Source: an uncultured Aliarcobacter sp.
GTDB taxonomy: Bacteria > Campylobacterota > Campylobacteria > Campylobacterales > Arcobacteraceae
NCBI GenBank assembly: GCA_963677435.1
Contig: OY781945.1
Coordinates: 1,440,001-1,504,000, forward strand
Direction: 5' to 3'
Length of the DNA: 64,000 nt
Shown here: piece by piece, positions 39,286 to 50,155 of the stretch
How positions within the stretch are numbered: the first letter of the stretch is position 1
Layout: each line of letters starts with the position of its first letter
Made by a program: the position numbers and the translations under genes
The notes under the pieces: generated by a model
Told to the model about the DNA's origin: nothing
Database searches by the model: none
Seen by the model: only the letters and a program-made list of their open reading frames with translations

Positions 39286-40733
39286 TTTATGATTACATAA
39301 TAATAGGTACAGGTGTTGCTGGACTTAATGCCGCAAGATTAATTCCAAAAGACAAAAGAGTTTTAATTTTATGCAAAATGTCAACTTGGAATTGCAATAC
39401 TTTTTGGGCTCAAGGAGGAATTGCAAGTGCAGTTGATGAAGCAGATGTTCCAACACACATAAAAGATACTTTAACAGCTGGTGTTAATTATAATGATAAA
39501 GATGCCGTTGAACTTTTAAGTAAAAAATCAATATCAACAATCAAAAACTTAATAGATGCTGGAATGAAATTTGACCTAAATGAAAATGGTGAATTATCAT
39601 TTACAAAAGAAGCTGCTCACAGTAGAAATAGAATATTACATGCTGATGGTGACGCAACTGGTAGAATGATGCATATTTTTTTACTTGAGCATTGTGAACA
39701 TGCAATTGTAACTCAAGCAGTAGTTTGTGATTTGCTTATAAAAGATGATATTTGTTATGGAGTTCAGTATTTTACAAATGAAACAACACAAAAAGTAGTT
39801 TATGCTCATAATACAATAATTGCAAGTGGTGGAGTTGGTTCAATTTACAGATACCATACAAATTCAACTGCAAATGCAGGTGAAATTCAAGGAATTATTG
39901 CAGAAAAAAATCTTCCACTAAAAGATATGGAAATGATGCAATTTCATCCAACGGTTGTAAGAGGAACTACATTTGCCAGAAAACCTTTATTATCAGAAGC
40001 GTTAAGAGGTGAGGGTGCTCATATTGTAGATGATAATGGATATAGATTTTTATTTGATTATCACAAAGATGGAGAATTAGCACCAAGAGATGTAGTTAGT
40101 CGTTCTATTTTTGACTATAACAAAAAAACTGATTTAGGTGTTTATTTATCTTTTGAAACATTCGAGAAAAAAGCCTTTAAAAAAAGATTCCCAAATATAT
40201 ACTCAAACTTGAAAGAGTTAGGTTATGATTTACCATTTGAAAGAGTTCCAATTAGTCCTGCATTTCACTATTCTATGGGTGGTATTGAAGTTACACTTGA
40301 TGGAAAAGTAAAAGGAATGAAAAACTTATATGCAATTGGTGAGGCTGCTTGTACAGGTGTGCATGGAGCAAATAGATTAGCTTCAAACTCTTTACTTGAA
40401 GGTCTGGTTTTTTCTCAAATTGCAGTTGAAGATTCTTTGAAAAATGAGTTTAAAATTCAAAAAGAAAATTATGATAAACCAATTATTAATTATGTTAGAA
40501 ATCAAGAAATTGATAAAGATATAAAAGATAACTTAAGAGAGATGATGTGGACTAATGCTTCAATAGTTAGAGATCCAAAAACTCTTAAAAGTACACTAGA
40601 TACGATAGAGGATTACTTAAAACTAAATGTAGGTAGATTACTTTTTTTAAGGCTACTTACGGCAAAATCCATTCTGAAATCTGCTTTAGAGCGTAAAAAG
40701 TCTCTTGGCGCACACTATATTAAGGAGAATTAA
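39282..40733 (+). CDS. nadB: L-aspartate oxidase
   Basis: GTGVAG, WAQGGI, EAAHSRNRILH, QFHPT, SEALRGEG, ELAPRDVV, HGANRLASNSLLE. Confidence 0.93.
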   Translation: MIYDYIIIGTGVAGLNAARLIPKDKRVLILCKMSTWNCNTFWAQGGIASAVDEADVPTHIKDTLTAGVNYNDKDAVELLSKKSISTIKNLIDAGMKFDLNENGELSFTKEAAHSRNRILHADGDATGRMMHIFLLEHCEHAIVTQAVVCDLLIKDDICYGVQYFTNETTQKVVYAHNTIIASGGVGSIYRYHTNSTANAGEIQGIIAEKNLPLKDMEMMQFHPTVVRGTTFARKPLLSEALRGEGAHIVDDNGYRFLFDYHKDGELAPRDVVSRSIFDYNKKTDLGVYLSFETFEKKAFKKRFPNIYSNLKELGYDLPFERVPISPAFHYSMGGIEVTLDGKVKGMKNLYAIGEAACTGVHGANRLASNSLLEGLVFSQIAVEDSLKNEFKIQKENYDKPIINYVRNQEIDKDIKDNLREMMWTNASIVRDPKTLKSTLDTIEDYLKLNVGRLLFLRLLTAKSILKSALERKKSLGAHYIKEN

Positions 40734-42115
40734 TGTTTAAAGTTTTAATGACTTTACTCTTAGGAACTTTGTCTTTATTTGCAAGTTCTGAAAGTACAGG
40801 AGAACTTCCTAACTTAACTATGACATGGGTAGGGTTTGCAACTTTACTTATTTTTGTTATTGGTTACTATTTCGTTGCTGCAGAGGAAAAGTACGCAATT
40901 GATAAGGCAAAACCAGCTTTATTTATTGGAACATTTATGTTTATTTTAGTAGCTATTTATTATTCACTAAATGGCTTAGATATGAATTTAGTTCATACTC
41001 AAGCTCAACATTTGATTTTAGAAATTGCTGAAATATTCTTTTTCTTATTTGTAGCAATGACTTATATTGAGTCATTATTACATATGGGAGTTTTTGATAG
41101 CTTAAAATATAACTTAGTTTCAAAAGGTTATACATATAGAAAACTGTTTTGGGTAACAGGATTTATTGCTTTCTTTATCTCTCCAATTGCTGATAACTTA
41201 ACAACTGCTCTTATTTTATCTACAGTTTTAATTACAATTGAAAAAACAAGAAAAGACTTCTTAGTTCCTGGAGCTATTAACATTGTTGTTGCTGCAAATG
41301 CAGGTGGTGCTTGGTCTCCATTTGGTGATATTACAACACTTATGGCATGGACAGCTGGAAAAGGTGTATTTACTGACTTCTTATATTTATTCCCAGCGGC
41401 AATTTTAGGTTATGTTGTTACGGCATTTTTATTATCAAGATTTGTTCCAAAAGTTGTTCCAGATTTTGATGTAGCAAATGAGAAAAAACCAAAAATGTCT
41501 GAAGGTGCGAAAGTTGTTATGGCTCTTGGAGTATTTACAATTTTCTCTGCTGTAATGTCTCACCAAGTATTACATTTACCTGCAATGTGGGGAATGATGT
41601 TTGGATTAGCATTACTTAAAGTTTACTCATATGGATTAGGTAAAAAATATGGGAAAAATCACTTTAATATTTTTGAATCAATGTCAAAAATTGAAAATAA
41701 TACATTAATGTTTTTCTTTGGTATTTTAGCAGCAGTTGGTGCATTATATTTTGTTGGTTGGTTAGGATTAGCAGCTGTTGTTTATGATCCATCAGTTCTT
41801 GGACCTACTTGGTCAAATATTGGTGTTGGATTCTTATCTGCAATTGTTGATAATGTTCCTGTTATGAGTGCTATTTTAAAAGCAAATCCTGATATGGGAC
41901 TTGACCAATGGATGTTAGTTACTATGACAGCGGGAGTTGGTGGTTCATTAATTTCTTTTGGATCAGCAGCAGGTGTTGGAGTTATGGGTAAATTACATGG
42001 TATTTACACATTTGGTTCTCACATGAAATATGCATGGACGATTCTTTTAGGATATATAGTTTCTTGTAGTGTTTGGTATTTCCAATACCATATTTTAGAA
42101 ATTAGTCACTATTAA
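40733..42115 (+). CDS. nhaD: NhaD Na+/H+ antiporter
   Basis: ADNLTTAL, ANAGGAWSPFGDITT, SAIVDNVP, GSAAGV. Confidence 0.9.
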   Translation: MFKVLMTLLLGTLSLFASSESTGELPNLTMTWVGFATLLIFVIGYYFVAAEEKYAIDKAKPALFIGTFMFILVAIYYSLNGLDMNLVHTQAQHLILEIAEIFFFLFVAMTYIESLLHMGVFDSLKYNLVSKGYTYRKLFWVTGFIAFFISPIADNLTTALILSTVLITIEKTRKDFLVPGAINIVVAANAGGAWSPFGDITTLMAWTAGKGVFTDFLYLFPAAILGYVVTAFLLSRFVPKVVPDFDVANEKKPKMSEGAKVVMALGVFTIFSAVMSHQVLHLPAMWGMMFGLALLKVYSYGLGKKYGKNHFNIFESMSKIENNTLMFFFGILAAVGALYFVGWLGLAAVVYDPSVLGPTWSNIGVGFLSAIVDNVPVMSAILKANPDMGLDQWMLVTMTAGVGGSLISFGSAAGVGVMGKLHGIYTFGSHMKYAWTILLGYIVSCSVWYFQYHILEISHY

Positions 42116-42131
42116 AATTACTTTTAGTATG

Positions 42132-42168
42132 AAAAAAAGGCTGCTAGATTATCTAGTAGCCTTTTTTT
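42132..42168 (+). terminator. Rho-independent terminator after nhaD
   Basis: AAAAAAAGGCTGCTAGA-tta-TCTAGTAGCCTTTTTTT. Confidence 0.85.
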
Positions 42169-42277
42169 ATGTCTGATTTTTTGTTTAACCAATTTTTTAC
42201 AACTTTTTAGATAAAATATTAAATTAAAATTTGTAATATTTAAGCACAATAGTGCAAAATGTGAAGGAAAACAATAT

Positions 42278-43813
42278 ATGAAACATGTCCCAATCGTAGT
42301 ATTAGATTTTGGTAGTCAATATACTCAAATCATTGCTAGAAAACTAAGAGAAGCAGGTGTTTACTCTGAAATAGTACCTTATAGTGAGAGTATTGAAGAT
42401 ATTATGGCAAGAACACCAAAAGGTATTATTCTTTCAGGTGGTCCAGCTTCTGTTTATGCAGTAGATGCTTATCATCCAGATACTACAATATTTGAATTAG
42501 GTCTTCCTATTTTAGGTATTTGTTATGGAATGCAATTAATTTCTCAACATTTTGGAGGAAGCGTAATTCCTGCTTCTCATCATGAATATGGAAAAGCAAA
42601 ATTAAAATTTGAAACTGAAAATCCAATTTTTAAAGACACAACTGATGGTCAAATTGTTTGGATGAGTCATGGAGATAGAGTAGAAAATATTCCAGCTGGA
42701 TTTGAAAGAATTGCAACAAGTGAAAATTCTCCACTTGCAGCTATTGCAAATACAGATAGAAATATTTATGCATTCCAATTTCACCCAGAAGTTTATCACT
42801 CAGTTGAGGGATCAAAACTTCTTAAAAATTTTGCAAAACATATTTGTGGATGTGAATCTACATGGAATATGGGTTCATTTGCAAAAGAACAAATAAAAAG
42901 AATTCAAGATCAAGTTGGAAACAAAAAAGTTCTTTGCGGAGTTTCAGGTGGAGTTGATAGCTCAGTTGTAGCTACACTTTTAGCAGAAGCTATTGGAGAG
43001 CAAGTTATTCCTGTATTTGTTGATAATGGATTATTAAGAGCAAATGAAAGAGAACAAGTTGAAGCAATGTTCAAAGCAAGGGGTGTAAAACTTATCACTG
43101 TAGATGCAAGTGAAGAGTTTTTAACAAAATTAGCAGGTGTAACAGACCCTGAAACAAAAAGAAAAATCATCGGTGAAACATTTATCGAAGTATTTGATAA
43201 AGAAGCAAAAAAACACGATGGAATTGAATTTTTAGCTCAAGGTACACTTTATACAGACGTTATTGAATCAGTATCTGTAAAAGGTCCTTCAAAAACTATC
43301 AAATCTCACCACAATGTTGGTGGACTTCCTGATTGGATGAAATTTGAATTAATTGAACCTCTTAGAGAAATCTTCAAAGATGAAGTAAGAATTTTAGGAT
43401 TAGAACTTGGACTTCCAGCTTCTATGATTGGAAGACATCCGTTCCCTGGACCAGGCCTTGCTATTAGAATCATGGGAGATGTAAATAAACCTGATTTAGA
43501 ACTATTAAGAAAAGCAGACACAGTTATGTTAGATGTTTTACATGCAACTGGTTACTACGATAAAACATGGCAAGCATTTACAGTATTATTAAATGTAAAA
43601 TCTGTAGGTGTTATGGGTGATAATAGAACTTATGACAACACAGTTTGTGTAAGAATAGTAGAAGCAACAGATGGAATGACAGCAACTTTCGCACATATTC
43701 CACATGAAATATTAGAAACAATTTCAAGAAGAATAATCAACGAAGTTGATGGGATTAATAGAGTAGTTTATGATATTTCATCAAAACCACCAGCAACTAT
43801 TGAGTGGGAATAA
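42278..43813 (+). CDS. guaA: GMP synthase (glutamine-hydrolysing)
   Basis: [44 protein letters not shown]. Confidence 0.98.
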   Translation: MKHVPIVVLDFGSQYTQIIARKLREAGVYSEIVPYSESIEDIMARTPKGIILSGGPASVYAVDAYHPDTTIFELGLPILGICYGMQLISQHFGGSVIPASHHEYGKAKLKFETENPIFKDTTDGQIVWMSHGDRVENIPAGFERIATSENSPLAAIANTDRNIYAFQFHPEVYHSVEGSKLLKNFAKHICGCESTWNMGSFAKEQIKRIQDQVGNKKVLCGVSGGVDSSVVATLLAEAIGEQVIPVFVDNGLLRANEREQVEAMFKARGVKLITVDASEEFLTKLAGVTDPETKRKIIGETFIEVFDKEAKKHDGIEFLAQGTLYTDVIESVSVKGPSKTIKSHHNVGGLPDWMKFELIEPLREIFKDEVRILGLELGLPASMIGRHPFPGPGLAIRIMGDVNKPDLELLRKADTVMLDVLHATGYYDKTWQAFTVLLNVKSVGVMGDNRTYDNTVCVRIVEATDGMTATFAHIPHEILETISRRIINEVDGINRVVYDISSKPPATIEWE

Positions 43814-43917
43814 TTTCTAACAATTTTCACGCATCTTTCACCAAAGTTTGACTCGATGTACTTGTAGTACACCTTCGCCAAACTTTGGCAAAATCTACAT
43901 AAAACTTGTTAGAAATT
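43812..43917. repeat. 106-bp imperfect palindrome directly after guaA
   Basis: Nested arms AATTTCTAACAA/TTGTTAGAAATT, CCAAAGTTTG/CAAACTTTGG and TGTAC/GTACA. Confidence 0.85.
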
Positions 43918-43949
43918 TTTAAAATTTACTTTTTATAGGAAAAATAAAT

Positions 43950-44462
43950 ATGTATTTTGAAGAACTTCTAAATTTAAAAAAAGATGAGTGTGGATTAATG
44001 AATTTTAATGAATTATCAAATTTACTTCCAAATACTCCGGAAGAGGTATTATCACAATTTTTTTATGATCATGGACAAAAATATGATTTTCAAGAGCAAT
44101 ATGCACATTTAGAAATAAATAAATTAAAGTGCCGAGAAATAGAACTAAAAGCTGATGAAATAATTAAATGTAGTTTTTATGAACATTATTCTGATTATAT
44201 ATTTGGAGTTAGTGAAAGATTAAATAAATTTAAGGAAGAAGATTTTTCTTGTATAGATATAAGAAAAGAAGTTGTTAATAACTGGGAAAAAGAAAAAACC
44301 TGGTTAAAAACACCAATTTTTTTAGATGCTAAATTACTTGTAAAATCTAATAAATTACATTTAGTAGAAGGTCATACTCGATTTGGAATATTAAAAGGTT
44401 TATTATCTAAAAAAGTTATTAGTAAAAATAGTATTCATAAAATATGGTTTGGTGAGTATTGA
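43950..44462 (+). CDS. Hypothetical protein with ParB/Srx-like motif
   Basis: TPIFL...LVEGHTRFG; RBS AGGA. Confidence 0.55.
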   Translation: MYFEELLNLKKDECGLMNFNELSNLLPNTPEEVLSQFFYDHGQKYDFQEQYAHLEINKLKCREIELKADEIIKCSFYEHYSDYIFGVSERLNKFKEEDFSCIDIRKEVVNNWEKEKTWLKTPIFLDAKLLVKSNKLHLVEGHTRFGILKGLLSKKVISKNSIHKIWFGEY

Positions 44463-44469
44463 TTTCCCT

Positions 44470-44501
44470 TCGTTCCCAAGTTCCAAACTTGGGAATGCAT
44501 A
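44470..44501. repeat. REP-like palindrome
   Basis: TCGTTCCCAAGTT-cca-AACTTGGGAATGCATA. Confidence 0.75.
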
Positions 44502-44530
44502 CTTAAATTTCTTAAATTATAATAATTTAA

Positions 44531-44866
44531 CTAAAAAATTATACTCTTAGTAATCCCCAAAACTTGATTTAGTGTATCTTCATCTACTTTTTCAACAAAC
44601 TTTACTTTTCTTGCATTAAAATCTATTGATTTAATTTGTTCGGTCATTATAAAACCTTTGAGATTTTCTGCTTCTAGTCTTACATGAAAAGGGAAATTTC
44701 TATTTGTATTAGTAATTGGACAAGCTATTGCTAAACCTAGGGCTTTATTGAAAATTTCATTACTTATAATTAGTGCTGGTCTTCGTCCTTTTTGTTCATG
44801 TCCTGATGATGGGTCAAAAGTAAGTATTACTAAGTCACCTTTTTGAGGAATGTAGTTTTTTACCAT
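44531..44866 (-). CDS. mazF: MazF/PemK toxin
   Basis: FDPSSGHEQKGRRPALIIS, CPIT, EQIKSIDF. Confidence 0.93.
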   Translation of the reverse strand: MVKNYIPQKGDLVILTFDPSSGHEQKGRRPALIISNEIFNKALGLAIACPITNTNRNFPFHVRLEAENLKGFIMTEQIKSIDFNARKVKFVEKVDEDTLNQVLGITKSIIF

Positions 44867-45105
44867 TCTTCTTTACCTAAAGTTGTATGAAACTCTTCAC
44901 TAGCTTTATAGTCACTTGGTATTTTTGAAATTAGTTCATTTAAATCATAATTTAAAATCTCTTTTTTCATTGGTTCTATGATTACTTTTCCATCTAGCAT
45001 AGTAATATTAACATTATCTCCTACTTGAAGATGTAAACTATCCATAATATCTTTTGGCATTCTAAGACCTTGAGAATTGCCCCATTTTGAAATTTTAGCA
45101 GTCAT
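44860..45105 (-). CDS. mazE: MazE/AbrB antitoxin
   Basis: KWGNSQGLRMP, acidic C-terminus GKEEW, overlaps the toxin start. Confidence 0.93.
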   Translation of the reverse strand: MTAKISKWGNSQGLRMPKDIMDSLHLQVGDNVNITMLDGKVIIEPMKKEILNYDLNELISKIPSDYKASEEFHTTLGKEEW

Positions 45106-45118
45106 TTTAACTCCTTTA

Positions 45119-45158
45119 TGTATATCCTAAGTATATCTTTTGTAATTATAAATGTCAA
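45119..45158 (-). promoter_or_regulatory. Sigma70 promoter and putative operator of mazEF
   Basis: Minus strand TTGACA-N17-TATACT. GATATAC occurs twice, over the -10 and the start region. Confidence 0.7.
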
Positions 45159-45184
45159 TATTTTAATAAAAATTTAAATCTTCT

Positions 45185-46885
45185 CTACGACGAACAACTA
45201 ACATGTGATATACCAGCTATTCCAAAAAAATCTGATGGTTTTTTAATATAATATTTCTTTTCTATTTCTTTTGTTTGTTCCTCATATGGATTTGTCATTA
45301 TTTCTTGTAATTCGTGTACTGGTTTATAGTTTCCATTTTGGGCTTCTTGATATGCCCAAACTAGATGCCATTCTCTTAATGTATATTTTGGATTTATAAG
45401 TTTCATTTTAGTTGAAAGTTTTTCTTTAGAATTTTCATCATTTACATTTATTTGTGATTTCCAACTTTCAAGCCAACTGTTCCATCTTAATTTGATATTT
45501 TCATTTTCGCTATTTCCATAAAAACTTTTTTCAAGTTGATTACTATCATTTGGAATAGATGATAGTTCTCTAAAAAATATTGTATAGTCAACTTTAGTTT
45601 CTATCATAAGATTGATAAGTTCCTCAAATAACTCAACATTAAACTTACTCATTCCTAGTTTTTTAGCCCACATATTTTCCATTTTTTCTTGCATAACTTT
45701 TGAAAAATTATTTTCAATTTTTTCAATTTCTTGTAAAGCCAAAGCATTTGAACTAAGTAATGGTTTTAATGCACTACAAAACGATTTAAAGTTTTTTTGC
45801 GCTGCAACTGGCTGATTAAAAAATGAAAAGTGCATTCCTCCACCAGTCCAAGATTGATATTTTGGGTCAAACATTTCGATAAATCCAAATGGACCATAAT
45901 CTAGAGTAAAACCTCCTGCTGCACAGTTATCACTGTTGAAGTTACCTTGACAGTATCCAACTCGTATCCAGTTAGCCACCAAAGAAGTAAGACGATTTTG
46001 AAACTCTTTTGCTAGTTGTATTATCTTTTCTTCTAAACTCAAATCTTCTTTGATTACTTCGCTATACTCTCTATCAATCAAATGTAAAACAATCATTTCT
46101 AACTCTTTTAAAGCATTTTCATGCTCATTTTTTCTAGCTCGTCTGCCAAAAAGTTCAAGTTGTCCAACTCTTATAAATGAAGGTGCAACCCTTGTAGTGA
46201 TTGCAACATCTTCTTCTATCATAACTTCTGGGTCTTTTGAGTAAGAATTATCTCTAAACCAAGGTCTATTTACTTGCTCTTTTTTAGAAGTAAATAGAGT
46301 TAAAGACCTTGATGTTGGAATTCCAAGTGCGTGCATATGCTCTTGTGCTAAAAACTCTCTAACACTTGATCTTAAAACTGCACGCCCATCTGCACCTCTA
46401 CAATATGGTGTTCTTCCTGCACCTTTTAGCTGAAATTCCCATCTTTTACCATTTATAAGAGCTTCAAGAATCGAGATTGCTCTACCATCCCCATATCCAT
46501 TTCCAGTTTGAAAAGGACATTGTGCATAATATTCAGTTCCATAAATAGATAGTGCATAACCAGTCGCCCAACCTATATTTTGAGCAAGATTAGAAATATT
46601 AGACATATCCCCTGAAAACATTTTAATAAAATCATCTGATTTTATTAGGCTCTCAGAAAAGCCTAATTCTTTAAAAAAGGTTTCGCTATGAGAAATATAT
46701 ATTGGCTCTTTAATCGCAGTTGGACTTACTGGTACATAGTGTCCACTAAAAACCTCTCTTGGTGATTTATTATCTCCATTAAATTTTGCATCAGAGTCAC
46801 TGTTGAGTTTTTCTATAAAAGAGTAATCACTTAATTTTTCAAGTTCTTCAAATGTTTCTATATTTTTGTTAGTATTTTTTTTCAT
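45185..46885 (-). CDS. selO: Protein adenylyltransferase SelO (YdiU)
   Basis: [42 protein letters not shown]-terminal SCSS. Confidence 0.92.
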   Translation of the reverse strand: MKKNTNKNIETFEELEKLSDYSFIEKLNSDSDAKFNGDNKSPREVFSGHYVPVSPTAIKEPIYISHSETFFKELGFSESLIKSDDFIKMFSGDMSNISNLAQNIGWATGYALSIYGTEYYAQCPFQTGNGYGDGRAISILEALINGKRWEFQLKGAGRTPYCRGADGRAVLRSSVREFLAQEHMHALGIPTSRSLTLFTSKKEQVNRPWFRDNSYSKDPEVMIEEDVAITTRVAPSFIRVGQLELFGRRARKNEHENALKELEMIVLHLIDREYSEVIKEDLSLEEKIIQLAKEFQNRLTSLVANWIRVGYCQGNFNSDNCAAGGFTLDYGPFGFIEMFDPKYQSWTGGGMHFSFFNQPVAAQKNFKSFCSALKPLLSSNALALQEIEKIENNFSKVMQEKMENMWAKKLGMSKFNVELFEELINLMIETKVDYTIFFRELSSIPNDSNQLEKSFYGNSENENIKLRWNSWLESWKSQINVNDENSKEKLSTKMKLINPKYTLREWHLVWAYQEAQNGNYKPVHELQEIMTNPYEEQTKEIEKKYYIKKPSDFFGIAGISHVSCSS

Positions 46886-47000
46886 AATAATATTTGTCCA
46901 TTAATTTTTTATTTATTAAGATTCTAACATAACTATCTTTGATTCAAAACAAAGCTACTATTAACTAAAATACAAAAAAATACTAATAAAAGCGATAATT

Positions 47001-47285
47001 ATGGCAATAACAAGACAAATAATATTTTTAGCAAAAAGAGATTGTATTGAAGAACTAAAAGCATTACTTAAATCGACTATTAAAGAGTCAAAAAAAGAAG
47101 AGGGATGTTTGATGTATGAAGTTTTTCAAACAAAAACTAATCCAGTTGAATTTATTGTAATTGACTCATGGGAAAGTGAAGATGCTTTAAATAAGCATTA
47201 TGAAAGTGAACACTACACACATTTTATAAATAATTTCAAACAATATAATGCTCATATTGAACCTTTTGAATTAGAAATTTTATAA
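47001..47285 (+). CDS. ABM-family (putative quinol) monooxygenase
   Basis: KEEGCLMYE, WESEDALNKHYESEH. Confidence 0.85.
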   Translation: MAITRQIIFLAKRDCIEELKALLKSTIKESKKEEGCLMYEVFQTKTNPVEFIVIDSWESEDALNKHYESEHYTHFINNFKQYNAHIEPFELEIL

Positions 47286-47305
47286 AATCATAAGACAAAA
47301 TAATA

Positions 47306-47653
47306 ATGAAAATCTCTTATCATCGTCGTCGTAAAATCAAAACAAGAAGAATAGCTTTGCGTGATTTAATTTTACGAGGTATAAATGAGCCAAAAGATTT
47401 AGCAAAAGAACTCAAAGTTACAATTTCAACTATCAAAAGAGATTTGGAAGCACTCAAAACCATGCGTGAAGAAGATTTCTCTTTTGAGACTAGACAACCT
47501 TCCCAAGAGATACTTGATAAAAAAGATGCCATATTAAAAATGTTGGATGATGAAGAATATTACAACGAAAAAGGGGATTTAAATATTCTAAAGATTACAA
47601 AAGATTTAAATACAAGTAGAGCAACAGTTATGTCTGTTTTAAATGGCGAATAA
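47306..47653 (+). CDS. Small HTH protein (DeoR-like HTH plus a possible second HTH)
   Basis: LAKELKVTISTIKRDL; ITKDLNTSRATV. Confidence 0.65.
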   Translation: MKISYHRRRKIKTRRIALRDLILRGINEPKDLAKELKVTISTIKRDLEALKTMREEDFSFETRQPSQEILDKKDAILKMLDDEEYYNEKGDLNILKITKDLNTSRATVMSVLNGE

Positions 47654-47683
47654 TATTCCAAAATTAGCATAAAATAAAAGGGA

Positions 47684-49180
47684 TTATACTGGTAAAATTA
47701 TGAAAAATTTTGCACCTTTATAATTTTTATTATTATATTCTAAGTCTTGATTTTTAACAATTATTTCACCTGAAAAATGTTCATGAATAATTTTTGAACT
47801 CATATACAATCCGATTCCTGTACCTTGATTATTATATTTTGTAGTAAAATATGGGTCAAATATTTTATCGATAATATCCTCTTTAACACCACCTGCATTA
47901 TCTTGGATTGTAACAGTTATTTTGCCATTTTCTTTTAAAAATTTTACTTCTATTACTTTTTCTTTTATATCATTTTCATTTAATATATCTTTTGAATTAT
48001 TAAGAATATTTATAAAAACTTGAGTTAATTCATTGATTACACCATTTACTAATAATTCATTTTCACTATGTTCAATATTAAGTGTAATATAATTGTTTTT
48101 CAAAGAAGCAGATACGATATCTATAGCTTTATTAAAAGAAGTTTCAATATTAAAATACTCTTTTTTACTACTATAATCTTTAATATAATCTCTAAAATCA
48201 TCAATTGTATTACTTAAATAATTTGCATATTTGATTACACTCTCTGAAGTCTCTTCTATCTCTTTGTCTTCTATAAGATTTAATTCTTTTCTTAGTTTTA
48301 ATCCACTCATTTGAACAGTAATAGCATTTAGTGGTTGTCGCCATTGATGAGCGATATTATTAAGCATTTCACCAATAATTGCCATTCTTGATTGATGTTT
48401 AAGAAAGATATTTTGCTCATGATTTTTCTTTACTTGAGCTTTTAATTCTTCAAATAACTCTTTTTCTTTTTTATTTAAATGTTTTAAATCTATGATATTT
48501 TTTTCTATATTTTTAGCCATAAGATTAAAAGATTCTTGCAGTTCATAAGTCTCTTTACTATCGCCTAAATTTATTCTTTGAGAATAGTCTCCATGGGCAA
48601 TTGCATTTGCACTTTGAGTTAATTTAACTAGATTTTTTATAATCCATTTACTAACTGTTATAAGTAAAATTGCTGATAATATTAATTCTACTAATGCAAT
48701 AATAATACTTCTTGTAATCATCTCTTTTTTTGCTTGAATATAAAATTTTGTAGAAAGACCTAAATAGACTTTTCCCAATGATTCTGAAAATAAAGTTATT
48801 GGAATATTTGTATCAAATCTTTCATCTTCAAGTGATTTTTCACTAAAAGGTTCTAGCTCTTTTTGTGGTAGTACTGAACAATCTTTTAATCCAACAGTTG
48901 AAATACAATTATTTTGATTATCAACAACTGCTAGATAATCTATTGTTAGAATCTTTTTAGTTTCATATAAGATTGCGTTAATTGTTGCATAATCCATTTG
49001 AACAAGAGGTGCTACTAAGGCACTTTTTAATAATATCTTTTGTTCATCTAGTCTTATGTTTGTTTGTGATGATAGATTTACTTCAAGTTGATTTACATTT
49101 TTGACTACCATTAATGCAAGCATTAAACTCTCAATTAATAAACTGGCAATTACCCATTTCCAAGATAAAGATAGTCTCAT
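47684..49180 (-). CDS. HAMP-domain sensor histidine kinase
   Basis: Two TMs, HAMP, IAHQWRQP, NNSKD, DNAGG, GTGIGLY. Confidence 0.9.
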   Translation of the reverse strand: MRLSLSWKWVIASLLIESLMLALMVVKNVNQLEVNLSSQTNIRLDEQKILLKSALVAPLVQMDYATINAILYETKKILTIDYLAVVDNQNNCISTVGLKDCSVLPQKELEPFSEKSLEDERFDTNIPITLFSESLGKVYLGLSTKFYIQAKKEMITRSIIIALVELILSAILLITVSKWIIKNLVKLTQSANAIAHGDYSQRINLGDSKETYELQESFNLMAKNIEKNIIDLKHLNKKEKELFEELKAQVKKNHEQNIFLKHQSRMAIIGEMLNNIAHQWRQPLNAITVQMSGLKLRKELNLIEDKEIEETSESVIKYANYLSNTIDDFRDYIKDYSSKKEYFNIETSFNKAIDIVSASLKNNYITLNIEHSENELLVNGVINELTQVFINILNNSKDILNENDIKEKVIEVKFLKENGKITVTIQDNAGGVKEDIIDKIFDPYFTTKYNNQGTGIGLYMSSKIIHEHFSGEIIVKNQDLEYNNKNYKGAKFFIILPV

Positions 49181-50002
49181 TTAGTTATTTAACCTTTTCA
49201 TAGTTTTATTTACAATTGAATCAAGATTATCTAAATCTGCGGGTTCAATTTTTTTAAAGCCTTCAAGTTTTGTAATTTCCAAATGCTTTTTTCCTTCAGG
49301 AGATTTTGAAAAAGCATCTAATGCACTTTCCCACTCTACTAAAGTAATACCATCTGCATTTTTTGCAAGATAAATTCTACTTGGTTTGGGTTCACTTTGA
49401 TATATCACATGAACTAAGTCTTTAGTCTCTTTTGTTACTAGTTTTATATAATTTGGTAAAGACATAATTATCATATCTGCATTATTATTTAAAAGTATAG
49501 ATATTGAACTATCAGTTGCACTTGTATATGTGTATTTTACTTTTTCCCCTTCTTCAAAGCCATTTTTTTCTAACCAATCTTGTGCATCTAAAGTAGGAAA
49601 TGAAACAGGATCTAGTCCAATAACATTAAGTGGCAGATTTTTGCTTTCTAAAATATTTTTGTCAGTAGCTAGAAGAATAGTTGATAGACCTTTAGTATAA
49701 GTCATTAAAGGTGTATATCCACCTAGTTTTTGGGCAAGAACAGCTAAATTGGGTGAAGTTAAAACTAAATCATAATAATTTCCTTCATCTGAACGCTTAG
49801 TAAACTCACTAAAATTTTTGGCTGTTAAAATTTGAACAGGTCTTTTAAAATAATTTTGTAAAAAAAGCCTCAAGTCTTGATGTGATTCTAAAATAACTCT
49901 AGTTGAAGAGTGTGGTGCAATGCCTATTTTGATTGGAGTTTCTTGTGCAAAACAAAGATTTGATATTAAAAAAATTGTTAGAAGTAGTAGTTTTTGTTTC
50001 AT
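49181..50002 (-). CDS. PhnD-like (phosphate/phosphonate family) periplasmic binding protein
   Basis: Signal peptide, IGIAPH, AKNFSEF, DLVLTSP. Confidence 0.7.
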   Translation of the reverse strand: MKQKLLLLTIFLISNLCFAQETPIKIGIAPHSSTRVILESHQDLRLFLQNYFKRPVQILTAKNFSEFTKRSDEGNYYDLVLTSPNLAVLAQKLGGYTPLMTYTKGLSTILLATDKNILESKNLPLNVIGLDPVSFPTLDAQDWLEKNGFEEGEKVKYTYTSATDSSISILLNNNADMIIMSLPNYIKLVTKETKDLVHVIYQSEPKPSRIYLAKNADGITLVEWESALDAFSKSPEGKKHLEITKLEGFKKIEPADLDNLDSIVNKTMKRLNN

Positions 50003-50155
50003 ATTATTTTCACTTATAAAAATGTGGCATTATTATAACAGATAATGATAATATTATTTATTAAGTGTTTTTTAATTTCACAGCTTTAAAGAGCTTTTAG
50101 ATAAAATCTAATATTAATAAATTATATAAATTTTACTTATCAAGGAAAAAAGCAA

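Noticed and set aside
43812..43917. Calling the palindrome an integron attC site
   Set aside because: The ends deviate from RYYYAAC/GTTRRRY, only one copy was seen and no IntI is present; kept only as an unexplained palindrome.
45185..45199. Selenocysteine read-through at the selO C-terminus
   Set aside because: The gene ends S-C-S-S-TAG with a normal Cys codon and no in-frame TGA.
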